Part shown: in pieces, positions 44,784 to 54,723 of the stretch
How the letters are laid out: every line of letters starts with the position of its first letter
How positions within the stretch are numbered: position 1 is the first letter of the stretch
Assembly: GCA_963666515.2 (NCBI GenBank)
Contig: OY762897.2
Coordinates: 4,480,001 to 4,544,000 of the forward strand
Direction: 5' to 3'
From: Candidatus Binatia bacterium
Lineage (GTDB): Bacteria > Desulfobacterota > Binatia > UBA9968 > JAJDTQ01
Length of the DNA stretch: 64,000 nt
Notes under the pieces: model-generated
Seen by the model: only the letters and a program-made list of their open reading frames with translations
Databases searched by the model: none
What the model was told of the DNA's origin: nothing
Position numbers and translations under genes: made by a program

Positions 44784-44834
44784 CCGTTCGCCCTGAGCGT
44801 GGCTCCGCGCCAGCGGAGCGAAGTCGAAGGGCGC
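44782..44834 (+). repeat. REP-like dispersed repeat, copy 2
   Basis: AACCGTTCGCCCTGAGCGT...CAGCGGAGCGAAGTCGAAGGGCGC. Confidence 0.8.
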
Positions 44835-44911
44835 CGTCCCGCGGAGCCGCATCGTGTCGTCCGCGGCGAAATGTTTGCAAGTCCCCACCCCCCATGTTAC
44901 ACGAAAACCCC

Positions 44912-45937
44912 ATGAACAACGTGGAACCGAGGTACGCGGATCTCGCGGAAAAGTCGCTCGCCGGGGAGCTTCTGTCCCCCGCGGAAATGAAGTCGGTCAT
45001 CCACGGCGCCGACGAGAGGCTGCCGGAATTGCTCGAGGCCGCGTTCCGGGTCCGCCACCACTATTACGGCAAGAAGGTGCAGATCCACGTGCTCATGAAC
45101 GCCAAGAGCGGGCTCTGCCCCGAGGACTGCGGCTATTGCTCGCAGTCGTCGGTATCCGGCGCCGAGATCGACAAGTACCCGTTCCTTGCCAAGGAGGAGC
45201 TGGTGGACGCCGCCATGAGGGCCAGGGAGGCGGGCGCCATGCGCTTCTGCCTGGTCAACAGCGGCCGAGGCCCCACGCTCAAGGAAACCGAGAAGATGGC
45301 CGAGGCCGTGGCCGAGATCAAGAGCAAGGTGCCCATCAACATCTGCGCCTGCATGGGGCTGCTCACCGAGTCCAAGGCGCGCATCCTCAAGGACGCCGGC
45401 GTCGAGCGCATCAACCACAACCTGAACACCAGCAGCCGCTATCACCCGGAGGTCGTCTCCACCCACACCTACGACGACCGGGTGGCGACCCTGGAGAGCG
45501 TCAAGGCCGCGGGCCTGTCCACCTGCTGCGGCGGCATCATCGGCCTGGGCGAGCAGGACGACGACGTCATGGACCTGGCGGTGTCGCTGCGGGAGCTGGA
45601 CGTGGACTCCATCCCGGTCAACTTCCTGCACGCCATCCCCGGGACCCCCATGGAGGGGCGTTCGAACCTGACGCCGCAGTACTGCCTCAAGGTCCTGTGC
45701 CTGTTCCGCTTCGTCAACCCCAGCAAGGAGATCCGCGTGGCCGGCGGCCGGGAGGTCAACCTGCGCTCATTGCAGCCGCTGAGCCTCTACCCGGCCAACT
45801 CCATCTTCGTCAACGGCTACCTGACCACGTCCGGCCAGGCCGCCTCCGACGCCCACCGGATGATCGAGGACCTGGGCTTCGAGATCGAGACCGCAGAGCA
45901 GGAAGAGCTGCCGGAGCGGCAGCAGAGCATCGCTTAG
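44912..45937 (+). CDS. bioB: Biotin synthase
   Basis: Radical SAM motif [11 protein letters not shown]; NHNLNT, SIPVNFL and RVAGGRE motifs. Confidence 0.95.
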   Translation: MNNVEPRYADLAEKSLAGELLSPAEMKSVIHGADERLPELLEAAFRVRHHYYGKKVQIHVLMNAKSGLCPEDCGYCSQSSVSGAEIDKYPFLAKEELVDAAMRAREAGAMRFCLVNSGRGPTLKETEKMAEAVAEIKSKVPINICACMGLLTESKARILKDAGVERINHNLNTSSRYHPEVVSTHTYDDRVATLESVKAAGLSTCCGGIIGLGEQDDDVMDLAVSLRELDVDSIPVNFLHAIPGTPMEGRSNLTPQYCLKVLCLFRFVNPSKEIRVAGGREVNLRSLQPLSLYPANSIFVNGYLTTSGQAASDAHRMIEDLGFEIETAEQEELPERQQSIA

Positions 45938-45972
45938 CCGCCTGCCGAAGGTCACTAAAGGGAGAACGTTCC

Positions 45973-46179
45973 GTGGCACGAATTACCGTCGAAGATTGCC
46001 TCAACGAAGTTACCAACCGCTTCAAGCTGGTGATGCTCGGCTCCCAGCGCACCAAGCAGCTCCTCAAGGGCGCCAAGCCGCTCGTAGACGCCGACAACCG
46101 CGAGATCGTCGTAGCCCTGCGCGAGATCGCCGCGGGGAAGGTGCGGGAGGCACAGCCCGAGGTGCCCGACACCGAGTGA
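45973..46179 (+). CDS. rpoZ: RNA polymerase omega subunit
   Basis: GTG start after SD GGGAG; [10 protein letters not shown]...NRF.LV...VALREIAAG. Confidence 0.95.
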   Translation: MARITVEDCLNEVTNRFKLVMLGSQRTKQLLKGAKPLVDADNREIVVALREIAAGKVREAQPEVPDTE

Positions 46180-46233
46180 TCTTGCCGGCCCAGTGTCGCG
46201 CTTTAGCCGGTTCCCGCGCGCGGGAGACGAGCC

Positions 46234-47451
46234 GTGGCGGTCACCTACTCCGATCGCGAACTCGAAGCCATGCTGGCGGACATGGAGTCCGACTTGGTGG
46301 AGTGCAAGGAGTCGTTGAGAGGAGACAGTCTCGGCCGCATTCGTGAAGCGGTTTGCGCTTTCGCCAACGACCTTCCCGACCACCAACGCGCCGGAGTAGC
46401 GTTCGTAGGGGTGGCCGACAACGGTAGCCCCGTCGGTCTCCCGATCTCGGATGAACTGCTACGCCAACTCGCCGACATCAAGACCGACGGCAACATCGTG
46501 CCGCCGCCAACCCTGACAGTCGAGAAGCGTGTGCTCCGCGGGCAGTCGGTGGCCGTGGTGACCGTCCAGCCTGCCGACGCGCCGCCGGTGCGCTATCGGG
46601 GGCGTATCTGGATTCGCGTCGGATCTCGCCGGGATGTCGCCAGCGCACAGGATGAACGAATACTCAACGAGAAGCGCCGCTATCGCGACCCCCACTACGA
46701 CGCCCGTCCGGTACGTGACGCCACGCTCGCCGACTTGAAGGTCGCGTATTTCGAGCACGAGTACCTTCCGGCAGCGGTCGACGCCGAGGAACTCGCCGCC
46801 AATGATCGGACCACGGAGGAACGCCTGGCTGCCGCGAAGATGATCGTGGCTGTCGAAGATCCCGTGCCGACCGTGGCCGGCATCCTGGTGCTGGGCAAAC
46901 GCCCGCAGGACTTTATTCCCGGCGCCTACGCGCAATTCCTACGAGTCGCGGGGAACGAATGGGGCGACGAGGTCGTTGACGAAGCTCGTAGCGAAGGACC
47001 GATCGGAGACGTCGTCCGGCGCGTGGACGACAAGATCATCGCCCACAACCGCACCGCCGTGGATTTTCTCTCCGGCCCGGTGGAAACGCGCACCTCGACC
47101 TATCCTCTGGGGGCTCTGCAACAACTGGTTCGCAACGCGGTCATGCACCGGACCTACGAGGGCACGAACGCACCCGTGCGCGTCTACTGGTTCGACGACC
47201 GCATCGAGATCATCAGTCCCGGCGGCCCGTATGGCGCGGTCAACGCCGAGAACTTCGGGCAGCCCGGCGCGGTGGACTATCGCAACCCCATCCTTGCGGA
47301 AGCGATGAGGGTTACCGGTCTGGTGCAACGGTACGGGTTCGGCATACCGGCCGCGCGACGGGATTTGCGGAACAACGGGCAAGAGGGACCGGAGTTTCGA
47401 GTGGAACCGACCGCGGTCTTTTGCACGGTCAGGGCCAGGAAGGGACCATGA
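46234..47451 (+). CDS. AlbA_2 (Schlafen-like) domain plus HATPase_c_4 protein
   Basis: ES..VECKE, VCAFAN, GVADNG at the N-terminus; NAVMHR.Y, DRIEI.SPG and RNP.LA at the C-terminus. Confidence 0.8.
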   Translation: MAVTYSDRELEAMLADMESDLVECKESLRGDSLGRIREAVCAFANDLPDHQRAGVAFVGVADNGSPVGLPISDELLRQLADIKTDGNIVPPPTLTVEKRVLRGQSVAVVTVQPADAPPVRYRGRIWIRVGSRRDVASAQDERILNEKRRYRDPHYDARPVRDATLADLKVAYFEHEYLPAAVDAEELAANDRTTEERLAAAKMIVAVEDPVPTVAGILVLGKRPQDFIPGAYAQFLRVAGNEWGDEVVDEARSEGPIGDVVRRVDDKIIAHNRTAVDFLSGPVETRTSTYPLGALQQLVRNAVMHRTYEGTNAPVRVYWFDDRIEIISPGGPYGAVNAENFGQPGAVDYRNPILAEAMRVTGLVQRYGFGIPAARRDLRNNGQEGPEFRVEPTAVFCTVRARKGP

Positions 47452-48053
47452 AGCAGAAAACGGCTCTTCAGTTCAGAATAGAACTCATGGGTATCACGCC
47501 GATGATATGGCGACGTATTGAGGTGCCATCGACCTACAGTTTCTGGGATCTGCATGTCGCCATACAGGACTCGATGGGATGGTTGGACTATCACCTACAC
47601 GAGTTCAGCATCGACCCGCGACGCAACGCGAAGCCGATTTCGATCGGTCTTCCAGAGGGCGAGCTCGACACCGAATTCCTGCCGGGTTGGGATGTGCCGG
47701 TTTCGCGTTACCTTGGCGAGCCCGGTGACGAGTGCCTGTATATGTACGACTTCGGCGACGGCTGGGAGCACCGTGTGGCGTTGGAAGATATCCACCCACA
47801 GCAGCGCGGCGTGAAGTACCCCGTTTGCACCGACGGCGAACGAGCGTGTCCGCCGGAGGATTGCGGCGGAATCGGGGGATACTACAATCTCCTGGAGATA
47901 CTCGCCGACCCCGAGCATGAAGAGTACGAGAGCATGGTTTCCTGGCTGAACGAGCACGCCCGGAACTACTGGCCCCATGACCCGGCGCGTTTCGAGCGCA
48001 GCGAAGTGAAGTTCGACAATCCCAAGAAAAGGCTGAAGTTCGTGACCGGGTGA
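47448..48053 (+). CDS. Plasmid pRiA4b ORF-3 family protein
   Basis: IWRRIEVP, LH.AIQ.SMGW..YHLH.F, YDFGDGWEH and ACPPEDCGG motifs. Confidence 0.88.
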   Translation: MKQKTALQFRIELMGITPMIWRRIEVPSTYSFWDLHVAIQDSMGWLDYHLHEFSIDPRRNAKPISIGLPEGELDTEFLPGWDVPVSRYLGEPGDECLYMYDFGDGWEHRVALEDIHPQQRGVKYPVCTDGERACPPEDCGGIGGYYNLLEILADPEHEEYESMVSWLNEHARNYWPHDPARFERSEVKFDNPKKRLKFVTG

Positions 48054-48082
48054 TTCTCGGATTTTGCTGGAAATTTGATCTG

Positions 48083-48745
48083 ATGGAAGACGCAACCATC
48101 CTCGAAACGCGACTGGCTGATGTGACGGCAGAGAAGTACCGGAGCAAGGGATACGTTGTGTCCCGCGATGAATTGCTGGACGTCCTGCCCGGTTTCCGCG
48201 CGGACTTGGTCGCCCGGAAAGGCGACGAGGTAAAGGTGATAGAGGTAAAGTGCCGGTCTACGCTGACAGCCAGTCCCCAAGTGAGCGAGGTGGCGCACCT
48301 GCTCAACACAAAACCCGGGTGGAACTTCGAGTTGATTCTGGTAGGTCAACCTGAGGAACTGGAGTCACCTCACGGCGCAAGGTCGATGGAAGGAGACAGC
48401 ATCCTTCAGCAGATCGAACAGGCCGAGAAAGTCCTTGAAACAGGTTTCCCTGCGGCTGCGTTCCTGCTGGCCTGGTCGGCCCTCGAAGCCATGTTGAGAG
48501 CGATGATCGAGGAAGATGGGGTCTCGATCAAACGGGTCACGACGTCAGGTTACGTTCTCACCATGGCAGTCATTCACGGTGCGATCTCGAGGGACGCCTA
48601 TAAGCACTTGGCCGGCATGATGAAATACCGCAACGCGATTGCCCATGGGTTCAGCGTCGACGAGTTCGACGCCGATCTCGTAAGAGACCTGATCAAGACC
48701 ACTAGGCATTTCCTGGTTTCCGATGCTCGCCGGAGATTGAGTTAA
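48083..48745 (+). CDS. Restriction-endonuclease-like (PD-D/ExK) plus HEPN-like domain protein
   Basis: ADLVARKGDEVKVIEVK; AWSALE; RxxxxH motif RNAIAH. Confidence 0.65.
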   Translation: MEDATILETRLADVTAEKYRSKGYVVSRDELLDVLPGFRADLVARKGDEVKVIEVKCRSTLTASPQVSEVAHLLNTKPGWNFELILVGQPEELESPHGARSMEGDSILQQIEQAEKVLETGFPAAAFLLAWSALEAMLRAMIEEDGVSIKRVTTSGYVLTMAVIHGAISRDAYKHLAGMMKYRNAIAHGFSVDEFDADLVRDLIKTTRHFLVSDARRRLS

Positions 48746-48827
48746 CGGGACTCTGGCGGCATGATGATCTTACGTTCGGAATACACCTCATCCGTGCCGC
48801 CTACTTGTCCAACAGACCGGGACCACT

Positions 48828-49085
48828 TCAAGTCGAACCTTCGCTGACGACGTGATGGTTGGTGACGATTTGCCCATCGCGGTTGATGACAAAGCCGGTG
48901 CCGCCAACCAGACCCTTTGCGGTCTCGGTCACCACGCGGACCAGCGCCTCATCCAGCATTTTGACGTCCGGCGCCGGGTGCGCCGGCTGAGGAGCCAACA
49001 GCAGCAGAAGAACGATGCCAAGCTTCAGGCCCCTGACCGAGGAGTGAGGATCGGAACAGGTGATTTCTGGCTGGATTGATTGCAA
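48828..49085 (-). pseudogene. Fragment of a secreted trypsin-like serine protease
   Basis: Signal-like stretch and GTGFVINRDGQIVTNHHVV, then a stop; no catalytic Asp/Ser region. Confidence 0.65.
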
Positions 49086-49130
49086 CGCCTTGCCGGTTCT
49101 CTCGGGAACCGCCGAGTTGCGGCTACCGGG

Positions 49131-50159
49131 TCAGGCCCTCTGCGGCTCGATGATGACCTTCAGCGAATCCCTGGCGTTGGCGACGAGTTGAAAGCCCTTC
49201 CCCGTTTCGGCGAGGGAGAGACGGTGGGTAACGAGTTCGTCCACGCTGACCTTGCCGGTCGCCAGAAGATCCACCGCATCCTTCAGGTCCTGCGGGCTTG
49301 CGCCATAGGAGGTGACGAGGCCGATCTCGTCGCGCCACATCTCGTACAGCGGCATGGGCACCTCGTGCCCTGCGGGAGTGGAGGCGAAGAAGAGGAGCTT
49401 GCCGCCGCGCTCGACGCTCTGGAACGCCTGGCGAATGGCCGAGGCGGCGCCCGTGCACACGATGACGAGGTCCGCCAGCCGTCCGCCGCAGGCTTCGCGC
49501 ATCCGCGCCGGCACGTCCTCGGTGGCGTGGAAGGTGTGGTGTGCGCCCAAGGAGCGCGCCAGGCGCAGGCGTTCGTCGTTGATGTCGGTGGCGACCAGGG
49601 TCCTGGCGCGGCGGCTCCGGGCCACCTGCACGTGCAGCAGGCCGGCGATGCCGGCGCCGATGACCAGCACGTTTTCCTGCATCGGCGCGCGGGCGTGGTC
49701 CTGCGCCCGGACCACGCAACCCAGCGGCTCAACGAAGGAGCCTTGCTCGAAGGAAAGCGTGTCAGGAAGCAAGAAGGTGCCGGCGTCCACGTTGACCTTG
49801 GGCAGCCGCAGGTACTCGGCGAAACCGCCGGGGTCGAAGTGGGTCTCGCGCATGAGCTGACACACCGAGGCGTGGCCAGAGCGGCAGTGGTGGCAGTCGT
49901 TGCAGGGCACGTGGTGGGTGGTGACGATGCGGTCTCCGGGCGTGAAGCCGGTGACGCCGGCGCCCACCTCGGTCACCTCCCCGGTGACCTCGTGGCCGAG
50001 CACCCTGGGTGCCTGTTTGCGCCGATACCATTCCAGCACGTCGGTGCCGCAGATGCCGCTGGCCTGCACCCGCATCAGCAACTCGCCGGGGCCGGCCTTG
50101 GGAACCGGCAGCTCCTCCAACCGGACGTCGTCGTTGCTGTAGTACATCGCGACGCGCAT
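49131..50159 (-). CDS. Zn-dependent MDR dehydrogenase (iditol/sorbitol DH-like)
   Basis: GICGTD, GHE, C..C..C.......C and GAGIAG motifs. Confidence 0.9.
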   Translation of the reverse strand: MRVAMYYSNDDVRLEELPVPKAGPGELLMRVQASGICGTDVLEWYRRKQAPRVLGHEVTGEVTEVGAGVTGFTPGDRIVTTHHVPCNDCHHCRSGHASVCQLMRETHFDPGGFAEYLRLPKVNVDAGTFLLPDTLSFEQGSFVEPLGCVVRAQDHARAPMQENVLVIGAGIAGLLHVQVARSRRARTLVATDINDERLRLARSLGAHHTFHATEDVPARMREACGGRLADLVIVCTGAASAIRQAFQSVERGGKLLFFASTPAGHEVPMPLYEMWRDEIGLVTSYGASPQDLKDAVDLLATGKVSVDELVTHRLSLAETGKGFQLVANARDSLKVIIEPQRA

Positions 50160-50265
50160 GGCTCGTTCCTGAAGGCTGGCGGGATGGAAGGCGCCGGTCG
50201 GGAAGGGTGGCGCAGGCCACGGGCGGTCTGCGCCACTCGAACCGCCGGCAAGGCGCGCGTGCCCG

Positions 50266-51069
50266 CTAACCGGCCGCGCGTTCAGCCGCCGACGGTCTCG
50301 ACGCCTCGTATATCCGGTAGGCTTCCTCGACCGAGGCGCCGCCGTGGACGATGGCCCGCACCGCCTGGATCATCCCCGCGGGGCTGTCCGACTGGAAGAT
50401 GTTCCGGCCCATGTCGACACCCACCGCGCCGTGGTCCACGGCGTTTTTGGTAAGCTCCAGGGCCTCCATCTCCGGGGTCTTCTTGCCGCCGGCCACGATG
50501 ACCGGAATCGGGCAACTGTTGATCAGATTCTCGAAGCCCTCACAATAGTAGGTCTTGACGATATGGGCGCCCAACTCGGCCGCGATGCGGCACGAAAGAC
50601 TCAGATAGCGCTCGTCCCGCGCCATGTTCGTGCCCACCGCGGTGACGGCCAGCACGGGAATGCCGTACCGCTCGCCCTCGTCCACCAGCTTGGCCAAGCT
50701 CACCAGCGTCTCCTTCTCGAACTCCGAGCCCACGAAGATCGACAGCGCCATGGCCGAGACGTTGAGCCGGATGGCGTCCTCGATGGACACGGTGACGTCC
50801 TCGTTGGAAAGCTCTTTCAGGATGCTGGTGCCGCCCGACACGCGCAGCACCACCGGCGCCTGCATGTCGGCGTCCACCGCGTTGCGCAGCACGCCCCGGG
50901 TGAGCATGATGGCGTCCGCATGGGGCAGCAGCGGCTCGATGGTCTCCCGCGGCTGCTCCAGCCCGCTGGTGGGGCCCAGGAAGTAGCCGTGATCCACGGC
51001 CAGCATCACGCAACGCCCGTCATCCGGCTGGATGATGCGCGCCATTCTGTTCTCCATACCCCAGTGCAT
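50266..51069 (-). CDS. lsrF: LsrF-like thiolase / class I aldolase (DhnA family)
   Basis: MHWGMENR, AVDHGYFLGPTSGLE, AELGAHIVKTYY, AGGKK and GVDMGRNIFQ motifs. Confidence 0.8.
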   Translation of the reverse strand: MHWGMENRMARIIQPDDGRCVMLAVDHGYFLGPTSGLEQPRETIEPLLPHADAIMLTRGVLRNAVDADMQAPVVLRVSGGTSILKELSNEDVTVSIEDAIRLNVSAMALSIFVGSEFEKETLVSLAKLVDEGERYGIPVLAVTAVGTNMARDERYLSLSCRIAAELGAHIVKTYYCEGFENLINSCPIPVIVAGGKKTPEMEALELTKNAVDHGAVGVDMGRNIFQSDSPAGMIQAVRAIVHGGASVEEAYRIYEASRPSAAERAAG

Positions 51070-51172
51070 ATGATCCCTCCTGCTTCCAGGCTTCTGGTTT
51101 GGATTCCGTCCGAACTGAGAAACGACCTATCACATACCGCGGCGAGCCGCGAGTCCGTGCCGCTGCGGATGC

Positions 51173-51502
51173 CTATCCGGCAATGCCGAGGAACAGCAGA
51201 ATGGCGCGGTCTATTCGTCGCATATCCGCGGCGGAGAGAGAACCGATGCGTCGGCTCAGGCGTTCCCGGCGGACGGTCGTGATCTTGTCGACCATGACGC
51301 GACAGACCTCGCGCAAGCCGTTCTCGGGGCCGGGCAGGAGATCCGTCCGAAACAGCGGTGCATCGGTCGGATCGCTGGTCAACGTGCAGACGGTCACGGA
51401 ACTCAAGTGTTCGAAATGGTCGTTCTGAAGGATTACGACGGGCCTGGGCTTGCCGGTATAGTCGCCCCCTCCCGCTACCACCCACAACTCACCCCGTTTC
51501 AC
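51173..51502 (-). CDS. mazF: Type II TA toxin, PemK/MazF family
   Basis: RGELW, GKPRPVVILQ, NGL and MVDKITT motifs. Confidence 0.88.
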   Translation of the reverse strand: MKRGELWVVAGGGDYTGKPRPVVILQNDHFEHLSSVTVCTLTSDPTDAPLFRTDLLPGPENGLREVCRVMVDKITTVRRERLSRRIGSLSAADMRRIDRAILLFLGIAG

Positions 51503-51726
51503 CGGGAGTCCATCTCGCTGACGGCATCGATGAAGGCCTGATCGGCCTCGGCGTATTCACTACCGGCCACTGCCAGTGACTGTTTCCACGCCTCCTCCGA
51601 GAAGCCCTGCAAACGGGTGTCGGGCACCCATATCTGCAAGGGCCGGAGGCCCTGCTCGCGCAATCGGCTGCGATGCCGACGAACCTTGTCGTCTACCGTC
51701 TCAGAAGTCTTGGAATATCTTCTCAC
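51499..51726 (-). CDS. MazE-like antitoxin (DUF3018)
   Basis: VRRHR.RLREQGLRPLQIWVPD signature; overlaps the toxin start. Confidence 0.85.
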   Translation of the reverse strand: MRRYSKTSETVDDKVRRHRSRLREQGLRPLQIWVPDTRLQGFSEEAWKQSLAVAGSEYAEADQAFIDAVSEMDSR

Positions 51727-51742
51727 GAGCGATTCCTCCCAT

Positions 51743-51756
51743 GGTTACATGTAACC
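51743..51756. promoter_or_regulatory. Perfect palindrome, probable TA autoregulatory operator
   Basis: GGTTACATGTAACC immediately upstream of the antitoxin SD. Confidence 0.6.
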
Positions 51757-51856
51757 TACGCCTCTTGATTCCGCGACGCAAGACGCCAAGGGGCGTCGGG
51801 TCTGTGCCGTTGCCGTCAAGTTGACAGGTATAGGCCTTTCGGTTACGCAGGGGTCC

Positions 51857-52738
51857 GTGAGTACCCTTCCCGACCTTCCGCCAGGCGTGAGCCGGCACTA
51901 CGTTCAGGTGGGCCAGATCCGCACCCATTACCTCGAAGCGGGCGCCGGCCGCGGTCCCACGGTGGTGCTGATCCACAGCGGCGAGTTCGGCGGCCGGGCC
52001 GAGTTCAGTTGGCGCTACAACATCGCGCAGTTGGGTGAGCATTTCCACGTCTACGCGCCGGACCTTGCCGGCTTCGGACGCACCGATCTCATCTACAGCT
52101 TCAGCGATGCGGTGGGCTTCCGGCTCAAGCACGTCGACGGGTTCCTTCGGACCATGTGCCTCGGTCCGGTGCACCTCATCGGTAATTCCTTTGGCGGCGG
52201 CTTCTGCCTGCAGATGGCGACGGACCCGCGCTTCGACGTGGCCTCGGTGATCGCCGTGAGCGGCGGCGGCAAGGCGCCGGACAACGACGAACGCAAGATA
52301 CTCACCGGCTACACCGGCGAGCGGGAGCAGATGCGCGACATCCTGCGCGTGTGCTTCTACAACGAACGCTGGTGGGCCGACGACGTGGTGGAGGAACGCT
52401 GGCAGGCCAGCCTGGAACCCGGGGTGTGGGAGGCGTGCGCTGCCGCGCGGCTGGCGCCTTCGGGACAGCCTCGCGGCTTCCGGCCGGTGCGGCCCGACTA
52501 CGGCCAGATCCGCTGCCCGGTGCTGATCGTGGCCGGGGCCCAGGATCCGCTGCGGTTCCCGACCTACGCCACCGACCTTCAGGCCGAGATACCGGGATCC
52601 GAGGTGAAGGTGTTCGAAAACTCGCGGCACTGCTCCCACGCGGAGCACCCCGAGGAGTTCAACGCTTTGGCCATCGATTTCATCAAGCGGCACGCGGGCG
52701 ATGCACAGGGTCACGCGGGGGAGGCGCAGGGTTCATGA
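51857..52738 (+). CDS. Alpha/beta hydrolase (C-C hydrolase-like)
   Basis: D.AGFG, nucleophile motif GNSFGG, GAQD and RHCSH.EHP. Confidence 0.85.
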   Translation: MSTLPDLPPGVSRHYVQVGQIRTHYLEAGAGRGPTVVLIHSGEFGGRAEFSWRYNIAQLGEHFHVYAPDLAGFGRTDLIYSFSDAVGFRLKHVDGFLRTMCLGPVHLIGNSFGGGFCLQMATDPRFDVASVIAVSGGGKAPDNDERKILTGYTGEREQMRDILRVCFYNERWWADDVVEERWQASLEPGVWEACAAARLAPSGQPRGFRPVRPDYGQIRCPVLIVAGAQDPLRFPTYATDLQAEIPGSEVKVFENSRHCSHAEHPEEFNALAIDFIKRHAGDAQGHAGEAQGS

Positions 52739-53526
52739 CGTGGGTCTCCGAGACCATGCAGGTCGATGGCGTGAAGCTGGGAGTGCGCCGGCACGGGGAG
52801 GGCGCCCCGGTGGTGATCCTCTACGGCGACCAGCTCGAGACGCCGGCGCCGCCGTTCGACGAGGCGCTGGCCGGGCGTTTCCAGGCCGTGGTGCCGTCCC
52901 TGCCCGGGGTGAACCGGTCGGAGTTGCCCGACTGGATCGACACCATGGAGGACCTCGCCTTCCTGGGGCTCGACCTTGTCGAGGGCCTGGACGCGGGTCC
53001 GGTGGACGTCGTCGCCCACGGTTTCGGCGGCTGGGTGGCGGCGGAGATGGCGGTGCGCGCGCACCAGCAGATCCGGCGCCTGGCGCTGATCGATTCCGTG
53101 GGCATCAAGGTTTCGGCTCCCACCGTGCGCGACGTGCAGGACGTCTATATCTACACGGTCCAGGAAGTCGCCGAGCTGGCATGGCACGACCCCGCGGCTG
53201 CCAAGGCGCTCCGGTGGCCGGGCATGGAGGGCGTGGAGGGCGACGAGCTGCTCACGCTGCTGCGCAACCGCCAGTCGGTGCTCAAGTTCGCCTGGCGTCC
53301 CTTCATGTACAACCCCAAGCTGCTGCGGCGATTGGCCCGGGTGCGAGTCCCGACGCACCTGTTCTGGGGCGAGAGCGACCGGGTGGTGACCCCGGACTAC
53401 GGGCGTGCGCTCCAGGAGGCCATTCCCGGCGCCGGCTTCACGGCGATACCCGCCGCCGGCCACTACCCGCAGTGGGAGCAGCCGGACGCCTTGGCCCGGG
53501 CGGTCACGGAGTTCCTGGAGAGTTAG
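52735..53526 (+). CDS. Alpha/beta hydrolase fold protein lacking the nucleophile Ser
   Basis: AHGFGGW at the nucleophile elbow; WGESD and AGHYP.WEQP. Confidence 0.8.
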   Translation: MTWVSETMQVDGVKLGVRRHGEGAPVVILYGDQLETPAPPFDEALAGRFQAVVPSLPGVNRSELPDWIDTMEDLAFLGLDLVEGLDAGPVDVVAHGFGGWVAAEMAVRAHQQIRRLALIDSVGIKVSAPTVRDVQDVYIYTVQEVAELAWHDPAAAKALRWPGMEGVEGDELLTLLRNRQSVLKFAWRPFMYNPKLLRRLARVRVPTHLFWGESDRVVTPDYGRALQEAIPGAGFTAIPAAGHYPQWEQPDALARAVTEFLES

Positions 53527-53548
53527 AGAGCCAAAGGAGGATCGGGAG

Positions 53549-54670
53549 ATGCTGGCCTATCATTTCACCGAGATGCCCTATCCGTTTCTCCCGGACGATG
53601 CGGAGGAAACGTACGGGGCCATGCGCGTGACCCTGCCCAACCGCTACTGCGACCCCAAGATCGCCCACGACCTCTACAACCGCTACCTCGACGAGTACGA
53701 GTACGCCGACGAGCTGGGCCTGGAGATCATGCTCAACGAGCACCACGCCACCGCCACCTGCATGGCGGCCAACGTCTCCATCACCGCCGGCACCCTGGTG
53801 CGGCGCACCAGGCGCGCCAGGATCCTGGTGCTGGGCTTCCCGCTGGCGCACCGGAGCCCCATCCAGGTGGCCGAGGACGCCGCCATGCTGGACGTCATCT
53901 CGGGCGGCCGCCTCATCGCCGGCTTCGTCCGCGGCGTGGGCACCGAGATCCATCCCGCCAACACCAACCCCTCTGACACCCGCGAACGGATGCAGGAGGC
54001 CCACGACCTCATCATCAAGGCGTGGAAGACCCAGGACGTGTTCAACTGGGAGGGCAAGCACTACCACTACCGCTACGTGAACCCGTGGCCGCGCCCCTAC
54101 CAGCAGCCCCATCCCCCCATCTGGATCACCGGCAGCCAACCCGCGGCCGTGCCCTGGGTGGCCGACCACCACTACACACTGGCCACCGTGCTCACCTCCT
54201 ACGAGCAGACCGAAGCCCTCTTCGGCGCCTACCGCAAGCGTTGCGAGGAGATGAACTACCCCGAGCCGGGCTCCGAAAGGTTCGCCTATTGCGCCCTGAC
54301 CTTCACCGGTGAGACCGACAAGAAAGCCGAGGAGGGCGGCCGCAAGCTTCTCTGGTACCTCAACAAGCGCCGCCCCGTAGGTTTCTTCGCCCCGCCCGGA
54401 TTCGTCCCGCCCCAGGGCCTCACCCGTTTCTTCGACCCCAAGGGCAACGCCCGCTACAACCGTACCTACGAAGACCTCATCAACCAGGGCGTCATCATCG
54501 CCGGCACCCCCAAGAAGGTCATCGAGAAGGTCAAGTACCTCCACGACCGCTGCGGCGTCGGCCACCTGCTCATGATGAACCAGGCAGGGTTCATGACGCA
54601 CGAGGAGACCAAGCGCAGCATGGAGCTGTTTGCGACGGAGGTTTATCCGGAGTTGAAGACGTGGCAGTGA
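53549..54670 (+). CDS. LLM-class (luciferase-like) flavin-dependent monooxygenase
   Basis: NEHH, VAED.AMLD.ISGGR..GF.RG and PRP.QQPHPPIW motifs; SD AAGGAGG. Confidence 0.88.
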   Translation: MLAYHFTEMPYPFLPDDAEETYGAMRVTLPNRYCDPKIAHDLYNRYLDEYEYADELGLEIMLNEHHATATCMAANVSITAGTLVRRTRRARILVLGFPLAHRSPIQVAEDAAMLDVISGGRLIAGFVRGVGTEIHPANTNPSDTRERMQEAHDLIIKAWKTQDVFNWEGKHYHYRYVNPWPRPYQQPHPPIWITGSQPAAVPWVADHHYTLATVLTSYEQTEALFGAYRKRCEEMNYPEPGSERFAYCALTFTGETDKKAEEGGRKLLWYLNKRRPVGFFAPPGFVPPQGLTRFFDPKGNARYNRTYEDLINQGVIIAGTPKKVIEKVKYLHDRCGVGHLLMMNQAGFMTHEETKRSMELFATEVYPELKTWQ

Positions 54671-54723
54671 GGCGGGGTGGAACCGGCTGAGCATCACCGC
54701 CGTTGCCGCCGGAGCCATGACGG

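Noticed and set aside
44854-46179. 441-aa ORF ending in RpoZ
   Set aside because: The upstream part is an off-frame read of bioB; rpoZ has its own SD and GTG at 45973
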